From: Macrostomum lignano
Lineage: Eukaryota
DNA: 64,000 nt
Direction: 5' to 3'
NCBI GenBank assembly: GCA_002269645.1
Contig: NIVC01000554.1
Location: 165,491 to 229,490 of the forward strand
A program made the position numbers and the translations under genes. The notes under the pieces were generated by a model, which made no database searches, had not been told where the DNA came from, and was given only the letters and a program-made list of their open reading frames with translations. Shown here piece after piece: positions 1-12,870 of this stretch. How positions within the stretch are numbered: position 1 is the stretch's first letter; each line of letters opens with the position of its first letter.

Positions 1-255
1 GAAAGCCCGATATGTATCGAAAACAATAAGAAAGATGAGAGCCCGATACGTATCGAAAAAAATAAGAAAGATAAAAATCCCGATATGTATCGAAAACAAT
101 ATACCAAAGATAAGAGAACCCGATGTGTGTCGAAAACAGTAATTATGCCTGATATTTTTCGAAAACAATAAGCAAGCCCGATATGTATCGAACAGTACGA
201 AGGCCCGATATGTATCGAAATAAACAACAAACCGATATGTATCGAAAGCAATTAT
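1..255. repeat. Degenerate CCCGATATGTATCGAAAACAAT tandem repeat (XPO4 intron 4)
   Basis: About 6 variable-length copies visible. Confidence 0.8.
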
Positions 256-278
256 AACCAGCCTGATCAGGCGCTCAC

Positions 279-3200
279 CAGCGGGCTGGGCTCGGGCGCG
301 GTCCTCGCCAGCAGACAGGCCATCCGCATGACGGCGGCCACCAGCTGCAGCAGGCGATCAACCTGCTGACTGTGGCCGCCGCCGGCTCGGCCCTGGCCTT
401 GACAAGCCTCGCACAGAGCTCGGACACTCTCGGCCACATTGGCCGACTGGGCCAGCGACTCGGACATGAGGCTGCGTGGTACAAACGGCGCCGCCTCCTC
501 GGCGTCCGGTTCAACAATCACGTGACCAACAACCAGCAGCAGCCAGTGGGCATCCTCCGAGGCCGACCAGACGGCGGCAGCGGACGCCCCAGGCTGCTGA
601 ACTCCAGCCAGCAGTTCGGCGCGCTGATCCAGCGCCTCGGCCAAAGCGCTAAGCGCGAACGCCGGCGCCCGGCGCGCAAATTCGCCAGCAGCGGCCAGAG
701 CGGAAGCGAATCGAACCTGGTCCGTCTCCTCCAGCTCGTGCACCGATTCGTCGTCGTCCGCTTCAGTCGCCTGTCGCTGCTGCATCGCCGCCAGGCCGCG
801 GAATCCGTCAGGCGGCGCCAGGCGGGAGCGCATCAGGGCGGCGAACAGCGTCTGGGCGATTGGGCCGACTGTTGAGGCGGCCGACGCTTCCGTCGAGGAG
901 GCTGCGGAGGCCAGGTCCGCTGCGCTGCCAGCTGGGGCAGGATTTAAGGGCGGATATACACTGGGGATCATTCAGAGCTGGTTTAAAACTGCCTAGAAAG
1001 TATTACCTAATTGCCTGATTGACAGGTTGACCCGGAGCACTATCCTAATTGCAGCGTACTCAAACCTACACCAGCCTACTTAAACCCACACCAGCCTACT
1101 CAAACCCACACCAGCCTACTTAAACCCACACCAGCCTACTCAAACCCACACCAGCCTACTTAAACCCACACCAGCCTACTCAAACCCACACCAGCCTACT
1201 TAAACCCACACCAGCCTACTCAAACCCACACCAGCCTACTCAAACCATCTACGCCGATCTACCCAGCAGCTCACAGTAAATCCCCACTCACAATCGAACG
1301 GTCCACCGGAAGAGTCGGCAGCGAACAGATGCGCCCAGGCGTCCAGCAGGCTGTCCGCCGCTTCGGACACCCCGGCGCTGGCGTCAGCAGCTCCGCTAGC
1401 CGACGAGGCGGAGGCGGCAGCTTCCAAGGCTCTGACGGTGAGCTCGGCAGCTTGGCTAGCCAGTGCAGCCGGCAGCCGGTCCAACGAGCTGCAACAGCCG
1501 CCGCTGTGCTGGCACAGGTTGGCGAACACATTGGCAAAGCCGGTGAGCTCCGGGCCGCCGGCAGCCGGCAGCCCCTGCTGCAGCGCCGCGGAGTACAGAC
1601 TGGCCAAGCTGGTGAAGTGCGCCTCCTTGGCCGTGTGATTGGCGAACACGCCGGGGCCGCTGAGCGACGCCAGCTGGCTGATGCAGGCCAGACAGAGTCT
1701 GACCAGCTCGTGGCTGATGTTCAATTGCTGTTGCTGCTCCTGCTGTTGCTGCTGCTGCTGCAGGTGCTGGCGAAGGTTGGTGAGCAGGTCGAATAGGGCT
1801 GGTAGAAGGCCGGAATCGAGCAGCACAGTGCGCCAGTTATCGTTAGGGCGTAGAATACCGGCTGGACCGGACTGCGGGCGGGTGAGGAAGTAAATTTGTG
1901 ATTAATTTGAGTGATTGAGTTATTGATTCTCTAATTAAGTGATTGATTGATTGACTGACTGATTGATTGATTGACTGACTGATTGATTAATTGATTGATT
2001 GACTGATTGATTGACTGAGTGATTGATTAACTGGTTGATTGACTGATTGATTGACTGAGTGATTGATTGATTGATTGATTGATTGATGGTGTAATATATT
2101 GATTGATCAATTGACAGATTATTAGTGAGAAATACTGACTGAGTGACTGGTTGATAAACACATTGGCAACCAAAGCGAGCCAACGGCGCACACTCATGTT
2201 ACCTGCAATCCAGCCAGCCGCCTCGGCAGCCTCTTAGGCAGGAAATCCCAGCTAAGCGCGCACTCCATTGCCTGCAGCAGCGGCAGCAGCAGATCGGCAT
2301 TAGAAGCAACAAACTCTGAGCTAGTAGCCGACGCCGCGGCGCAGCGAACGCACAGCACGAAGGCTCTCAACAGGCCGGCCTCCTCGAACTGGCGCCTCCG
2401 CTTGACGTGCTCCTCCCAGGCCAGGCCGCACCTGCCCAGCTGGTATTCGTTTAGCAGGGCGCGAAGGCCGGCGCAGCCCAGCAACTGGGCGGCTCGATCC
2501 GAGTTTGGCTGGGTCAGCAGCTGCTCCATCTCGTCCACCATACGGCTGGGCGTGTCGCACAGCTTCGCCATGGTGCACACGGCCAGCAGCACCTTGGGAG
2601 AGACAGACAGTCGCGGAGTAAAGATTCAGTAAGGATGGGTTCGTCACTTGCACCCACATCAGCCAGCCGCACAGGTGACTGCCGCACACCCACCTACCCA
2701 GTACACCCCACGTGCCCAATCCCACACCCCACCTACCCAATCCCACACCCCACCTACCCAATCCCACGCCCCACCTATCCAATCCCACATCCACCTACCC
2801 AATCCCACACCCACCTACCCAGTACACCCCACGTGCCCAATCCCACACCCCACCTACCCAATCCTACACCCCACCTACCCAATCCCACGCCCCACCTATC
2901 CAATCCCACACCCACCTACCCAATCCCACACCCACCTACCCAATCCCACGCCCCACCTATCCAATCCCACACCCACCTACCCAATCCCACACCCACCTAC
3001 CCAATCCCACACCCCACCTACCCAATCCCATACCCCACCTACCCAATTCCACACCCCACCTACCCAATCCCACACCCTACCTACCCAATCCCACACCCCA
3101 CCTACCCAATCCCACACCCCACCTACAAAGTCCCACACCCCACCCGCCCATGCCACACCCCACCTACCCAATCCCACACCCCATCGGCATTTACCCAAAC

Positions 3201-3692
3201 CCACACCCCACCTACCCAATCCCACACCCCACCTACCTAATCCCACACCCCACCTACCCAATCCTACACCCCACCTACCCAATCCCACACCCCACCTACC
3301 CAATCCCACACCCCATCTACCAAATCCCACACCCCACCTACCCAATCCCACACCCCACCCGCCCATCCCACCTGCTCCCGCACGAAGACCGGCAGTTCGT
3401 GCCGCCTTTCTCCCAGCAGGTGCAGCAGCGACACCCTGAGCTGCTCCACGGCATCGGCAGGCAGGTCTCGCCACTCCCTCAGCAGAGCATGCCTCATCGT
3501 GCTAGCAGCCTCAAACATGAGCAGCGGATTAGCCGATGCAGCCAGCAGCCTGCGGCACAAATCGTAGGGCCGGGCAGCTCGCCGGAACTCCATGACGGTG
3601 TCGGTGGCGGACTGCCGCTCAGCCTGGCTGAGATGCGGCAGCTGCACCAGCTGAGTGGCCCGTTCCAATTCGGCAATTTGCAGTTCCATCAT
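279..3692 (-). CDS. XPO4: Exportin-4, 5' part. Exons 3692-3372, 2592-2203, 1871-1292, 931-279; continues beyond the left edge of the window
   Basis: Recognisable XPO4 motifs in order: LLREW..L....EQLR..LL, VREQ|VLLAV, LSWDFLP, LRPNDNWRTVLLDS, CISQLASLSGP, RLAPPDG, EEISELEE-like ELEETD, EDAHWLLLVVG. All four junctions are GT-AG with matching phases 0,0,1,0. Confidence 0.9.
1057..1246. repeat. 20-bp minisatellite CCAGCCTACT(T/C)AAACCCACA with strict T/C alternation (40-bp higher-order unit)
   Basis: Direct reading; XPO4 intron 3. Confidence 0.95.
1905..2155. repeat. (ATTG/ACTG)n microsatellite
   Basis: Direct reading; XPO4 intron 2. Confidence 0.9.
2680..3362. repeat. 21-bp minisatellite CCCACCTACCCAATCCCACAC
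   Basis: About 32 copies fill XPO4 intron 1. Confidence 0.95.
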
Positions 3693-4020
3693 GCTTTTTT
3701 ATTGTTTCCAAAATTTCTGCTTCGCGAGTTCTACGCAACTATTTTCAAGTCGTAGTCTCAATGAATTGAAATGATTCAACGATTCAATTGTTACAACACA
3801 ACCGCTGCCGCTGCTATCAAACTGCTAACCACCTCGTCTCGCACTGCAAATGACTGAAAGAATTATTTAAGAAAGAAATTATTATGCGGATTAGCTACTG
3901 ATTCGACTGAGTAGGATGCAGCAGAATAGAAAACACGAGCTAATTTTAACAGTTTTCAATTTATCAAACTTTATCAGTTCTGTATCTAAAATATTTGCAA
4001 GCCTCGCTATAAGCTTTTTC

Positions 4021-4520
4021 CTATATAGATTCCCTTATCTACATCCCCTTATCTAGATTCCCTTAATATACATTCCCCTTATCTAGATTCCCCTAATATA
4101 GATTCCCCTTATCTAGATTCCCCTAATATAGATTCCCCTTATCTAGATTCCCCTAATATAGATTCCCCTAATATAGATTCCCCTAATATAGATTCCCCTA
4201 ATATAGATTCCCCTTATCTAGATTCCCCTAATATAGATTCCCCTAATATAGATTCCCCTTATCTAGATTCCCCTAATATAGATTCCCCTAATATAGATTC
4301 CCATAATATAGATTCCCCTAATATAGATTCCCCTAATCTAGATTCCCCTTATCTAGATTCCTCCTAACTAGATTCCTATAACTAGATCTCCTTATTTAGA
4401 TTCCTCAATCTAAATTCTCCTTAACTAGATTCCTTTAAGTAGATTCCCTTATCTAGATTCCTCTTATCTAAATTCGCTTATCTAGATTTCCTATCTAGAC
4501 TCCTGTCATCTAGATTCTCC
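4021..4520. repeat. 15-bp minisatellite AGATTCCCCT(A/T)AT(A/C)T, degenerating rightwards
   Basis: Direct reading. Confidence 0.9.
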
Positions 4521-4899
4521 TATCAGACTATTTACACAATGTACTGCTACACATTTAAATAAAAATCTGTTCAAAAGCAGTATGCAATTTTTCAAATGTA
4601 CCAAGCAAATGATAGAATGAAACTGCTTGACTAAACAGGTCACATTAATGCTGTTGATATTATTATCATTATTATTGGTAAGAAAGCCACAAGCTAAACA
4701 GGGACATACAAGGGGATCTGTATGAAAATAGATAGATTAGCAAGCATTTTTGCTTTACTAAAATCAAGCAATCAGCAAGTTGGTAACGTTGCTAACAGTA
4801 TAAACATAATTTTAACTATTTTATCATACTAAAGCAAATTTAAGCTACTCCTCAAACTGCCTTAAGACTTCAAGACTTCGGCATTTTTCTCAAATAGTT

Positions 4900-5776
4900 A
4901 CACTCGAGTCTTCCGCACTCCCTAACACACTCGAGTCTTCCGCCCCCTCTCCCCTAACACACTCGAGTCTTCCGCCCCCACTCCCCTAACACACTCGAGT
5001 CTTCCGCCCCCACCCCTAACACACTCGAGTCTTCCGCCCCCTCTCCCCTAACACACTCGAGTCTTCCGCCCCCACTCCCCTAACACACTCGAGTCTTCCG
5101 CCCCCTCTCCCCTAACACACTCGAGTCTTCCGCCCCCTCTCCCCTAACACACTCGAGTCTTCCGCCCCCTCTCCCCTAACACACTCGAGTCTTCCGCCCC
5201 CACTCCCCTAACACACTCGAGTCTTCCGCCCCCACTCCCCTAACACACTCGAGTCTTCCGCCCCCTCTCCCCTAACACACTCGAGTCTTCCGCCCCCTCT
5301 CCCCTAACACACTCGAGTCTTCCGCCCCCACTCCCCTAACACACTCGAGTCTTCCGCCCCCTCTCCCCTAACACACTCGAGTCTTCCGCCCCCTCTCCCC
5401 TAACACACTCGAGTCTTCCGCCCCCACTCCCCTAACACACTCGAGTCTTCCGCCCCCACTCCCCTAACACACTCCAGTCTTCCGCCCCCTCTCCCCTAAC
5501 ACACTTGAGTCTTCCGCCCCCTCTCCCCTAACACACTCGAGTCTTCCGCCCCCACTCCCCTAACACACTCGAGTCTTCCGCCCCCACTCCCCTAACACAC
5601 TCGAGTCTTCCGCCCCCTCTCCCCTAACACACTCGAGTCTTCCGCCCCACTCCCCTAACACACTCGAGTCTTCCGCCCCCACTCCCCTAACACACTCGAG
5701 TCTTCCGCCCCCTCTCCCCTAACACACTCGAGTCTTCCGCCCCCACTCCCCTAACACACTCGAGTCTTCCGCCCCA
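4900..5776. repeat. 32-bp minisatellite ACACTCGAGTCTTCCGCCCCC(T/A)CTCCCCTAAC
   Basis: About 27 near-identical copies starting 3 nt after the TOM22 stop codon. Confidence 0.95.
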
Positions 5777-5778
5777 TC

Positions 5779-6219
5779 CTAAGCGTGAGCAAAAGCCGGC
5801 TGCCCCGCAGCGGACGCACTGGCCGGTCCCAGCATCATTTTCCGTTCATTCTCCAGCTCGGCCTCTTCAACTCCGACCCGTTCGCGTTCGATGATGAGCG
5901 GCAGCAGCGCGATGAGGCCGGTGGTGGTGGCCACCCAGGCTAGATTGCTGGCCTGTCGAAAGCTCCACAAAGTCAGCTGGAAGCTGCCGGACACCAGCCC
6001 GCTGGCCGCACTGCGCACCGGTTTTGGGAACATTTCGGCCAGGGCCAGAATTCTCTCGGCAACTGTCTCGTCTTCAAGTTTGTCCTCGTCATCAAGGACA
6101 TCTTCGATGGGTTTCTGCTGCTGTTGCTGAGGCTCTGAAGACATCGCGCCGCTGCCGCCTACCAGAGGGTACGCTGGTGGCGGCGGTCGGTCGCCATCGA
6201 AAGGTGCCAGGCCTGACAT
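5779..6219 (-). CDS. TOMM22: Mitochondrial import receptor subunit TOM22, 146 aa, single coding exon
   Basis: Acidic N-terminus, DETVAERILALAEMFP, TM segment AWVATTTGLIALLPLIIERER and C-terminal MMLGP are typical of Tom22. An acceptor CTGCAG lies 2 nt before the ATG. Confidence 0.92.
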   Translation of the reverse strand: MSGLAPFDGDRPPPPAYPLVGGSGAMSSEPQQQQQKPIEDVLDDEDKLEDETVAERILALAEMFPKPVRSAASGLVSGSFQLTLWSFRQASNLAWVATTTGLIALLPLIIERERVGVEEAELENERKMMLGPASASAAGQPAFAHA

Positions 6220-6314
6220 GACTGCAGATTACGGAGCATGCAATGCAGGTATTCTGTTGTTGAGAACTAATAATTGACTGATTGACTGCTAATCTGTTGC
6301 CTGAGTGAGACTGT

Positions 6315-6625
6315 GCATGACTCTACACCTGTGCTCTGAGTGAGACTCTGTAGGACTCTACACTTGTGCTCTGAGTGAGACTCTGCAGGACTCTACACCT
6401 GTGCTCTGAGTGAGACTCTGCAGGACTCTACACTTGTGCTCTGAGTGAGACTCTGTAGGACTCTACACTTGTGCTCTGAGTGAGACTCTGCAGGACTCTA
6501 CACCTGTGCTCTGAGTGAGACTCTGCAGGACTCTACACCTGTGCTCTGAGTGAGACTCTGCAGGACTCTACACCTGTGCTCTGAGTGAGACTCTGCAGGA
6601 CTCTACACCTGTGCTCTCAGTGAGA
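6315..6625. repeat. 35-bp minisatellite CTCTACACCTGTGCTCTGAGTGAGACTCTGCAGGA
   Basis: About 9 copies. Confidence 0.95.
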
Positions 6626-7162
6626 TTCTAATAAGTCAAAGAATTGTGAATAAACAAACAAAAGAGCAAAAGCTTTCTTTTATGATTCAATTAAAATCGC
6701 TTTTTAAAATTGATACAGCATATCAGAACATGGTTTGCGAGAGATTAAATTAAACCTATTTAACTGTTAAAGATAATTGCTAGACAAAATGACAAGAACT
6801 TTTCAATTGAACAGTGTAACAATTAAAACTTTTAACACACAGTAATGTATTGCTATACATTTTTGAGATGAATGCCAACAAGAAAGTATTATAACCATAA
6901 TTGAACAGAAAATTAATAAAAAAACAGCGAACTTATTTTCACAAGGACTTTGCCCAGTGACACAACAATACAGTTTGTAAAAATTGATTATTACATAAAG
7001 CAAAGTTCTGCGCGTTTCTCGAGACTTGCATACAGCTTTATAGTCGTCATATTACATCAATTTGTGAACTAGCATCGTCCAACTGCTGGAAACCATTCAA
7101 ATGTGGAATAATAAAGAAATGCTTGAAAATTTAATAAAGCTAAATAGACAGTTGGACAGAGA

Positions 7163-7757
<595 letters not shown>

Positions 7758-7760
7758 ACC

Positions 7761-10700
7761 TCAGCTAGCAGCGGGCAGCTCCAGAGCAGCAGCGGCAGCA
7801 GCCGCCGACTTTCTTTTGCCGCCGCCTCGCGGTTTTTTTGTCTTCGTCGTCGTCGCAGCCGTCGTAGACGCCGCCGCCGCGGTCGTCGGATTCGTCGACA
7901 AAGTGTTGCTCGCGGAGTCGGCAGGTGCGGCAGGAGCGGCGGATTTTACGCCAGCCGAAGGGCCAACGCAGACGGGGCACTCCCAGTGACCCTGCGGAAT
8001 GTCCTGCAGCCCGAGGCAGAAAGTGTGAAAGCCCCTGTCGCAGGCGTCGCAGAACATCATGCGCTCCTCGTTGCCAGGGTCGAGGCACTCCTGGCAGCGC
8101 TTGCAGTCCATGCACTGCCAGGCGTAGGCCCTGGCCGCTGTCAGCATGTTGTCTGGCAGCTGGAGGCAGGCTGCGTGGCCTCGGCTGCGGCACTCGCTGC
8201 ACTCAATGACCTGCGGGGTTGGGGCGGACTCTAATGCGAAAAGGCTGGGACGATTCTTATGGGATCTTAGAGATTCTGAATCAGAGGTCGGCAAACTCAA
8301 GGGTCAGATTTAGAATCTAGCTCATGACTGCGGGCTAGAGAAGAGAGACAAGACGACATATGAGATATGAGAGCAGAGGGCAGATGAGAGAGGGCAGACG
8401 AGGGGAGAGAGGAGAGAGGGGAGATGAGGGGAGAGAGGGGAGATGAGGGAGGAGAGGGGAGAGAGGGGAGATGAGGGAGGAGAGGGGAGAGAGGGGAGAT
8501 GAGGGAGGAGAGGGGAGAGAGGGAGATGAGGGAGGAGAGGGGAGAGAGGGGAGATGAGGGAGGAGAGGGGAGAGAGGGGAGATGAGGGAGGAGAGGGGAG
8601 AGAGGGGAGATGAGGGAGGAGAGGGGGAGATGAGGGAAGACAGGGGAGATGAGGAAGGAGAGAGGAGAGGAGAGAGATAAGAGAAGAGCGGAGACAAGGG
8701 GAGAGAGAAGAGATGAGAGATGAAAGAAGAGAGGAGAGACGAGGGGAGAGGAGAGAGGGGAGATGTGAGAGGAGGGGGAGAGAGGAGAGGAGAGAGGAGA
8801 GGAGAGATAAGAGAAGAGGGGAGACGAAGGGAGAGGGAAGAGATGAGAGATGAAAGAAGAGAGGAGAGACGAGGGGAGCGGAGAGGGGAGATGAGGGGAA
8901 GAGGAGAGAGGGGAGATCTGAGAGGAGAGGGGAGATGTGAGGGGAGATGAGGGAAAGAGGAGAGGGATGAGATGAGATTAGATGAGATGGGAGAAGAGAT
9001 GCCGACCCCTAAACGGAGCTAAAAATCGCGGTAATCGGTAATAACCCCATAAATCTAAAAGCATACTTAAAAAATGCCGAACGCGGAAAAAAGATTAAAA
9101 TTTTCACCTGCCAAGCGGAGCAGTCACTCTGGCACACCGTACACTTCACGGCATTATCCAATCGAACAGGCGGCAATGGTGGTCGCCTAGGCAACGCGTA
9201 TAAACAACTAGTCAGAGGCAGATAGTTCAACCGCTCGCTGCCAGCAGTGATGCTATCGGCGTGCTGGCAGCAGTCAGCGAACTGGCCAGGCAAAATGGCT
9301 ACAGGATAAGCTGATCGTTCGCTTTTATCCTGCCGTGGAGGCGACTGCGGCTGTGTGACTGGCAGCAGCAGCTGCAGAGTCTGGGTGCACACGGCGCCTG
9401 AGGGCCGGTTGGCTAAGAAGCGCCGATTAAATGCCGAGGCGCTTTTTACAGCGCGCTGATGAGCGCGCTGCCTAGCGGACAGCTGCGGCGGCGGAGGCGG
9501 CAGCAGCGAGTTGGGCGCCGGAGGAACTGGGGGAGCGGCCGAATTTGACGCGTCGTTAGCAACGGTTGCTAGGGAGGATTGACGCGACGATTGTTGCTGG
9601 CGTTGACGCTTTGTAGGCGGCGGCTGAGACTGCGTGGCGATTCGTTTGGGAGGGAATGAGATAACATGGGATTCGACTTGCCGCTGATGGTGAGGATCTG
9701 GGAGGCTGGCTGCATAGCAACTGAGGATCTGGGAGGCTGGCTGCATAGCAACTGAAGAGCTGGGAGGCTGGCTGCATAGCAACTGAGGAGCTGGGAGGCT
9801 GGCTGCATAGCAACTGAGGAGCTGGGAGGCTGGCTGCATAGCAACTGAGGAGCTGGGAGGCTGGCTGCATAGCAACTGAGGAGCTGGGAGGCTGCATGGC
9901 ATAGCAACTGAAGAGCTGGGAGGCTGGCTGCATAGCAACTGAAGAGCTGGGAGGCTGGCTGCATAGCAACTGAGGAGCTGGGAGGCTGCATGGCATAGCA
10001 ACTGAGGAGCTGGGAGGCTGGCTGCATAGCAACTGAGGAGCTGGGAGGCTGGCTGCATAGCAACTGAGGAGCTGGGAGACTGCATGGCATAGCAACTGAA
10101 GAGCTGGGAGGCTGGCTGCATAGCAACTGAGGAGCTGGGAGGCTGGCTGCATAGCAACTGAGGAGCTGGGAGGCTGGCTGCATAGCAACTGAGGATCTGG
10201 GAGGCTGCATGGCTGCATAACAACTGAGGATGTGGGAGGCTGGCTGCATAGCAACTGAGGATGTGGGAGGCTGGCTGCATAGCAACTGAAGAGCTGGGAG
10301 GCTGGCTGCATAGCAACTGAGGAGCTGGGAGGCTGGCTGCATAGCAACTGAGGAGCTGGGAGGCTGGCTGCATAGCAACTGAGGATCTGGGAGGCTGCAT
10401 GGCTGCATAACAACTGAGGATCTGGGAGGCTGCATGGCTGCATAGCAACTGAAGAGCTGGGAGGCTTTCTGCATAGCAACTGAGGAGCTGGGAGGCTGGC
10501 TGCATAGCAACTGAAGAGCTGGGAGGCTGGCTGCATAGCAACTGAAGAGCTGGGAGGCTGACGGCATAGCAACTGAAGAGCTGGGAGGCTGGCTGCATAG
10601 CAACTGAGGAGCTGGGAGGCTGGCTGCATAGCAACTGAGGAGCTGGGAGGCTGCATGGCATAGCAACTGAGGAGCTGGGAGGCTGCATGGCATAGCAACT

Positions 10701-12236
10701 GAAGAGCTGGGAGGCTGGCTGCATAGCAACTGAGGAGCTGGGAGGCTGGCTGCATAGCAACTGAGGAGCTGGGAGGCTGCATGGCATAGCAACTGAGGAG
10801 CTGGCAGGCTGGCTGCATAGCAACTGAGGAGCTGGGAGGCTGCATGGCATAGCAACTGAAGAGCTGGGAGGCTGGCTGCATAGCAACTGAGGAGCTGGGA
10901 GGCTGCATGGCTGCATAGCAACTGAGGATGTGGGAGGCTGTCTGCATAGCAACTGAGGAGCTGGGAGGCTGGCTCCATAGCAACTGAGGATCTGGGAGGC
11001 TGGCCGAAAAACGCTTCCTAGAATGTTGGGGGGCTGGTCAAGCAAACCCTTCTGACAAGTGCCGGATGCGTCTTAATAAGAGATCATCTAATCCAACACC
11101 TGCAGCATGCCAGGAAAATCGTACTAAGCAGTGAATTGTGGCTAGATGAGAAAATACTCACCGCTGCTGCAGCAGGCTCAGTACTGCTAGAGTCGGGGGC
11201 GGAATCCTTAGAAACCACGCTAGGCAGCTGCTGCTCAACGGAATTGGCCAATTCTGGGGTCTGATTGGATGCAGTTGTTGCGCTGTGCTCAACAATTGAG
11301 TCTTTATTTTTGTTGGCACTTTCAACAGAATCAGCTGCGGCAGTCTGGATTTCTGAAGTTGAAGCCAGATGTGCGGGAGGTGCCGGAGGCGGCGGCTGCT
11401 GTTCTTGCTGAGTTGGAGCGGCAGACGAAGTTGAGTTTCTGCTCTCTGGAAGAATTAATAAGTATGAATAACTAATCTTTAAATCTACCAGAATCTATAC
11501 GCTGACAATCTACCTGAATCTATACTGACAATCTACCTGAATCTATACTGACAATCTACCTGAATCTATACTGACAATCTACCTAAATCTATACTGACAA
11601 TCTACCTGAATCTATACTGACAATCTACCTGAATCTATACTGACAATCTACCTGAATCTATACTGACAATCTACCTGAATCTATACTGACAATCTACCTG
11701 AATCTATACTGACAATCTACCTGAATCTATACTGACAATCTACCTGAATCTATACTGACAATCTACCTGAATCTATACTGACAATCTACCTGAATCTATA
11801 CTGACAATCTACCTAAATCTATACTGACAATCTACCTGAATCTATACTGACAATCTACCTGAATCTATACTGACAATCTACCAGAATCTATACTGACAAT
11901 CTACCTAAATCTATACTGAAAATCTACCTGAATCTATACTGACAATTTACCCGAATCTACACTGACAATCTACCTAAATCTACGCTGACAATCTACCTGA
12001 ATCTACACTGACAATATACTCTAATCTACGCTGACAATCTACCTGAAGTCAACAGAAAGAAAAACAAAGATTTTCTTACCAGCAGGTTTCTCAGACAGAC
12101 TGGCGCTCGCATCGGGTTCCTCAGCTAACGTGAGCTCATCCTCAGCTTCATCTGGCAAGGAGAAAACAACGTCAGCATTGGCGGGGATTCCGCCATCGGC
12201 AGTTGATAAAGATTCGCTCGCGTCTGCATTTGACAT
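7761..12236 (-). CDS. PHF10: PHD finger protein 10 (BAF45a/SAYP-like). Exons 12236-12080, 11445-11162, about 9629-9108, 8210-7761
   Basis: SAY-domain C-terminal motifs [19 protein letters not shown] and [11 protein letters not shown]. Tandem PHD fingers (CSEC...GHAACL...WQCMDCKRC...[18 protein letters not shown]...W.CPVC). Splice phases are consistent (1,0,0); the exon-3 acceptor could be 6 nt further 3'. Confidence 0.85.
8335..8995. repeat. GA-rich low-complexity repeat (PHF10 last intron)
   Basis: Direct reading. Confidence 0.9.
9688..11003. repeat. 31-bp minisatellite GCTGGGAGGCTGGCTGCATAGCAACTGAGGA with 32/35-bp variants
   Basis: About 41 copies in PHF10 intron 2. Confidence 0.95.
11483..12045. 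repeat. 23-bp minisatellite ATCTATACTGACAATCTACCTGA
   Basis: About 24 copies in PHF10 intron 1. Confidence 0.95.
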
Positions 12237-12389
12237 AGCTATAGCTGTATGATTTGACCGGGAATGTACAGCTGCTTATTAATAACTGAAACAGTAATGT
12301 GTAAGGTCTGTATAAATGATAAGTAACACTGATGAAATGATTGCTTGGCACCTGCCTCTCCCGTTGGAAAAGTTATGCACCTGCAGAGG

Positions 12390-12870
12390 CACAAAAGGTG
12401 AGCGAGGTGCACAAAAGAGGCACCTTGGTGGCCTATTTCGTGTGTGCTTTGGAAATGCACCTGAGTGCACCTTTTATGCCTAAATGTCACCAATATTTTT
12501 GAAAAGAGGCATGAAAGGTGTACAATCGGTGAAGTGGTCAGGCAGAAGGTGAATTCTCAATTTTGATTGGTTGCGGCGGTAGGGGCAGTAAAGGTGTACA
12601 AGGGGCACTGGAGGTGCGCAAAAGATGAAGAGTAGGCTCACAAGTGAGGCACAGCAGGTGCAGGAAAGGTGCTGAAGGGGCGCAGAAAGCGCATGAAAGG
12701 TGAATTAGAGGTGCATTTAAGGTGCATTTAAGGTGCATTTCAGGCACGAAAGGTGAATTAAAGGTGCATAAGGTGTACATGTGCGTAAATATGTATACAT
12801 GTGCATTTCCAAAACACGCTCGAAAGAGACCCCTAAAGTGCCTCTTCTGTGCACCTCGCTCACCTTCCAT
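12390..12870. mobile_element. Foldback/MITE-like element with imperfect inverted arms of about 70 bp
   Basis: 12395-12460 and 12801-12867 are imperfect reverse complements (AAGGTGAGCGAGGTGCACA.AAGAGGCAC...TTTGGAAATGCAC); the interior is rich in AAGGTG/TGCAC motifs. Confidence 0.55.

Noticed and set aside
372-1796. Plus-strand ORFs 372-875 and 1329-1796
   Set aside because: Antisense shadows of GC-rich XPO4 exons.
2635-3755. Long Pro/His/Thr-rich plus-strand ORFs (201-347 aa)
   Set aside because: They are translations of the 21-bp intronic minisatellite, antisense to XPO4.
4900-5776. 32-bp near-identical repeats resembling a CRISPR array (also the 31-bp arrays at 9688 and 33736)
   Set aside because: Units are head-to-tail with no unique spacers, there are no cas genes, and the context is eukaryotic.
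9556-10983. 469- and 475-aa Cys/Ser-rich ORFs
   Set aside because: They derive from the 31-bp array; only the frame containing PHF10 exon 3 has real homology.
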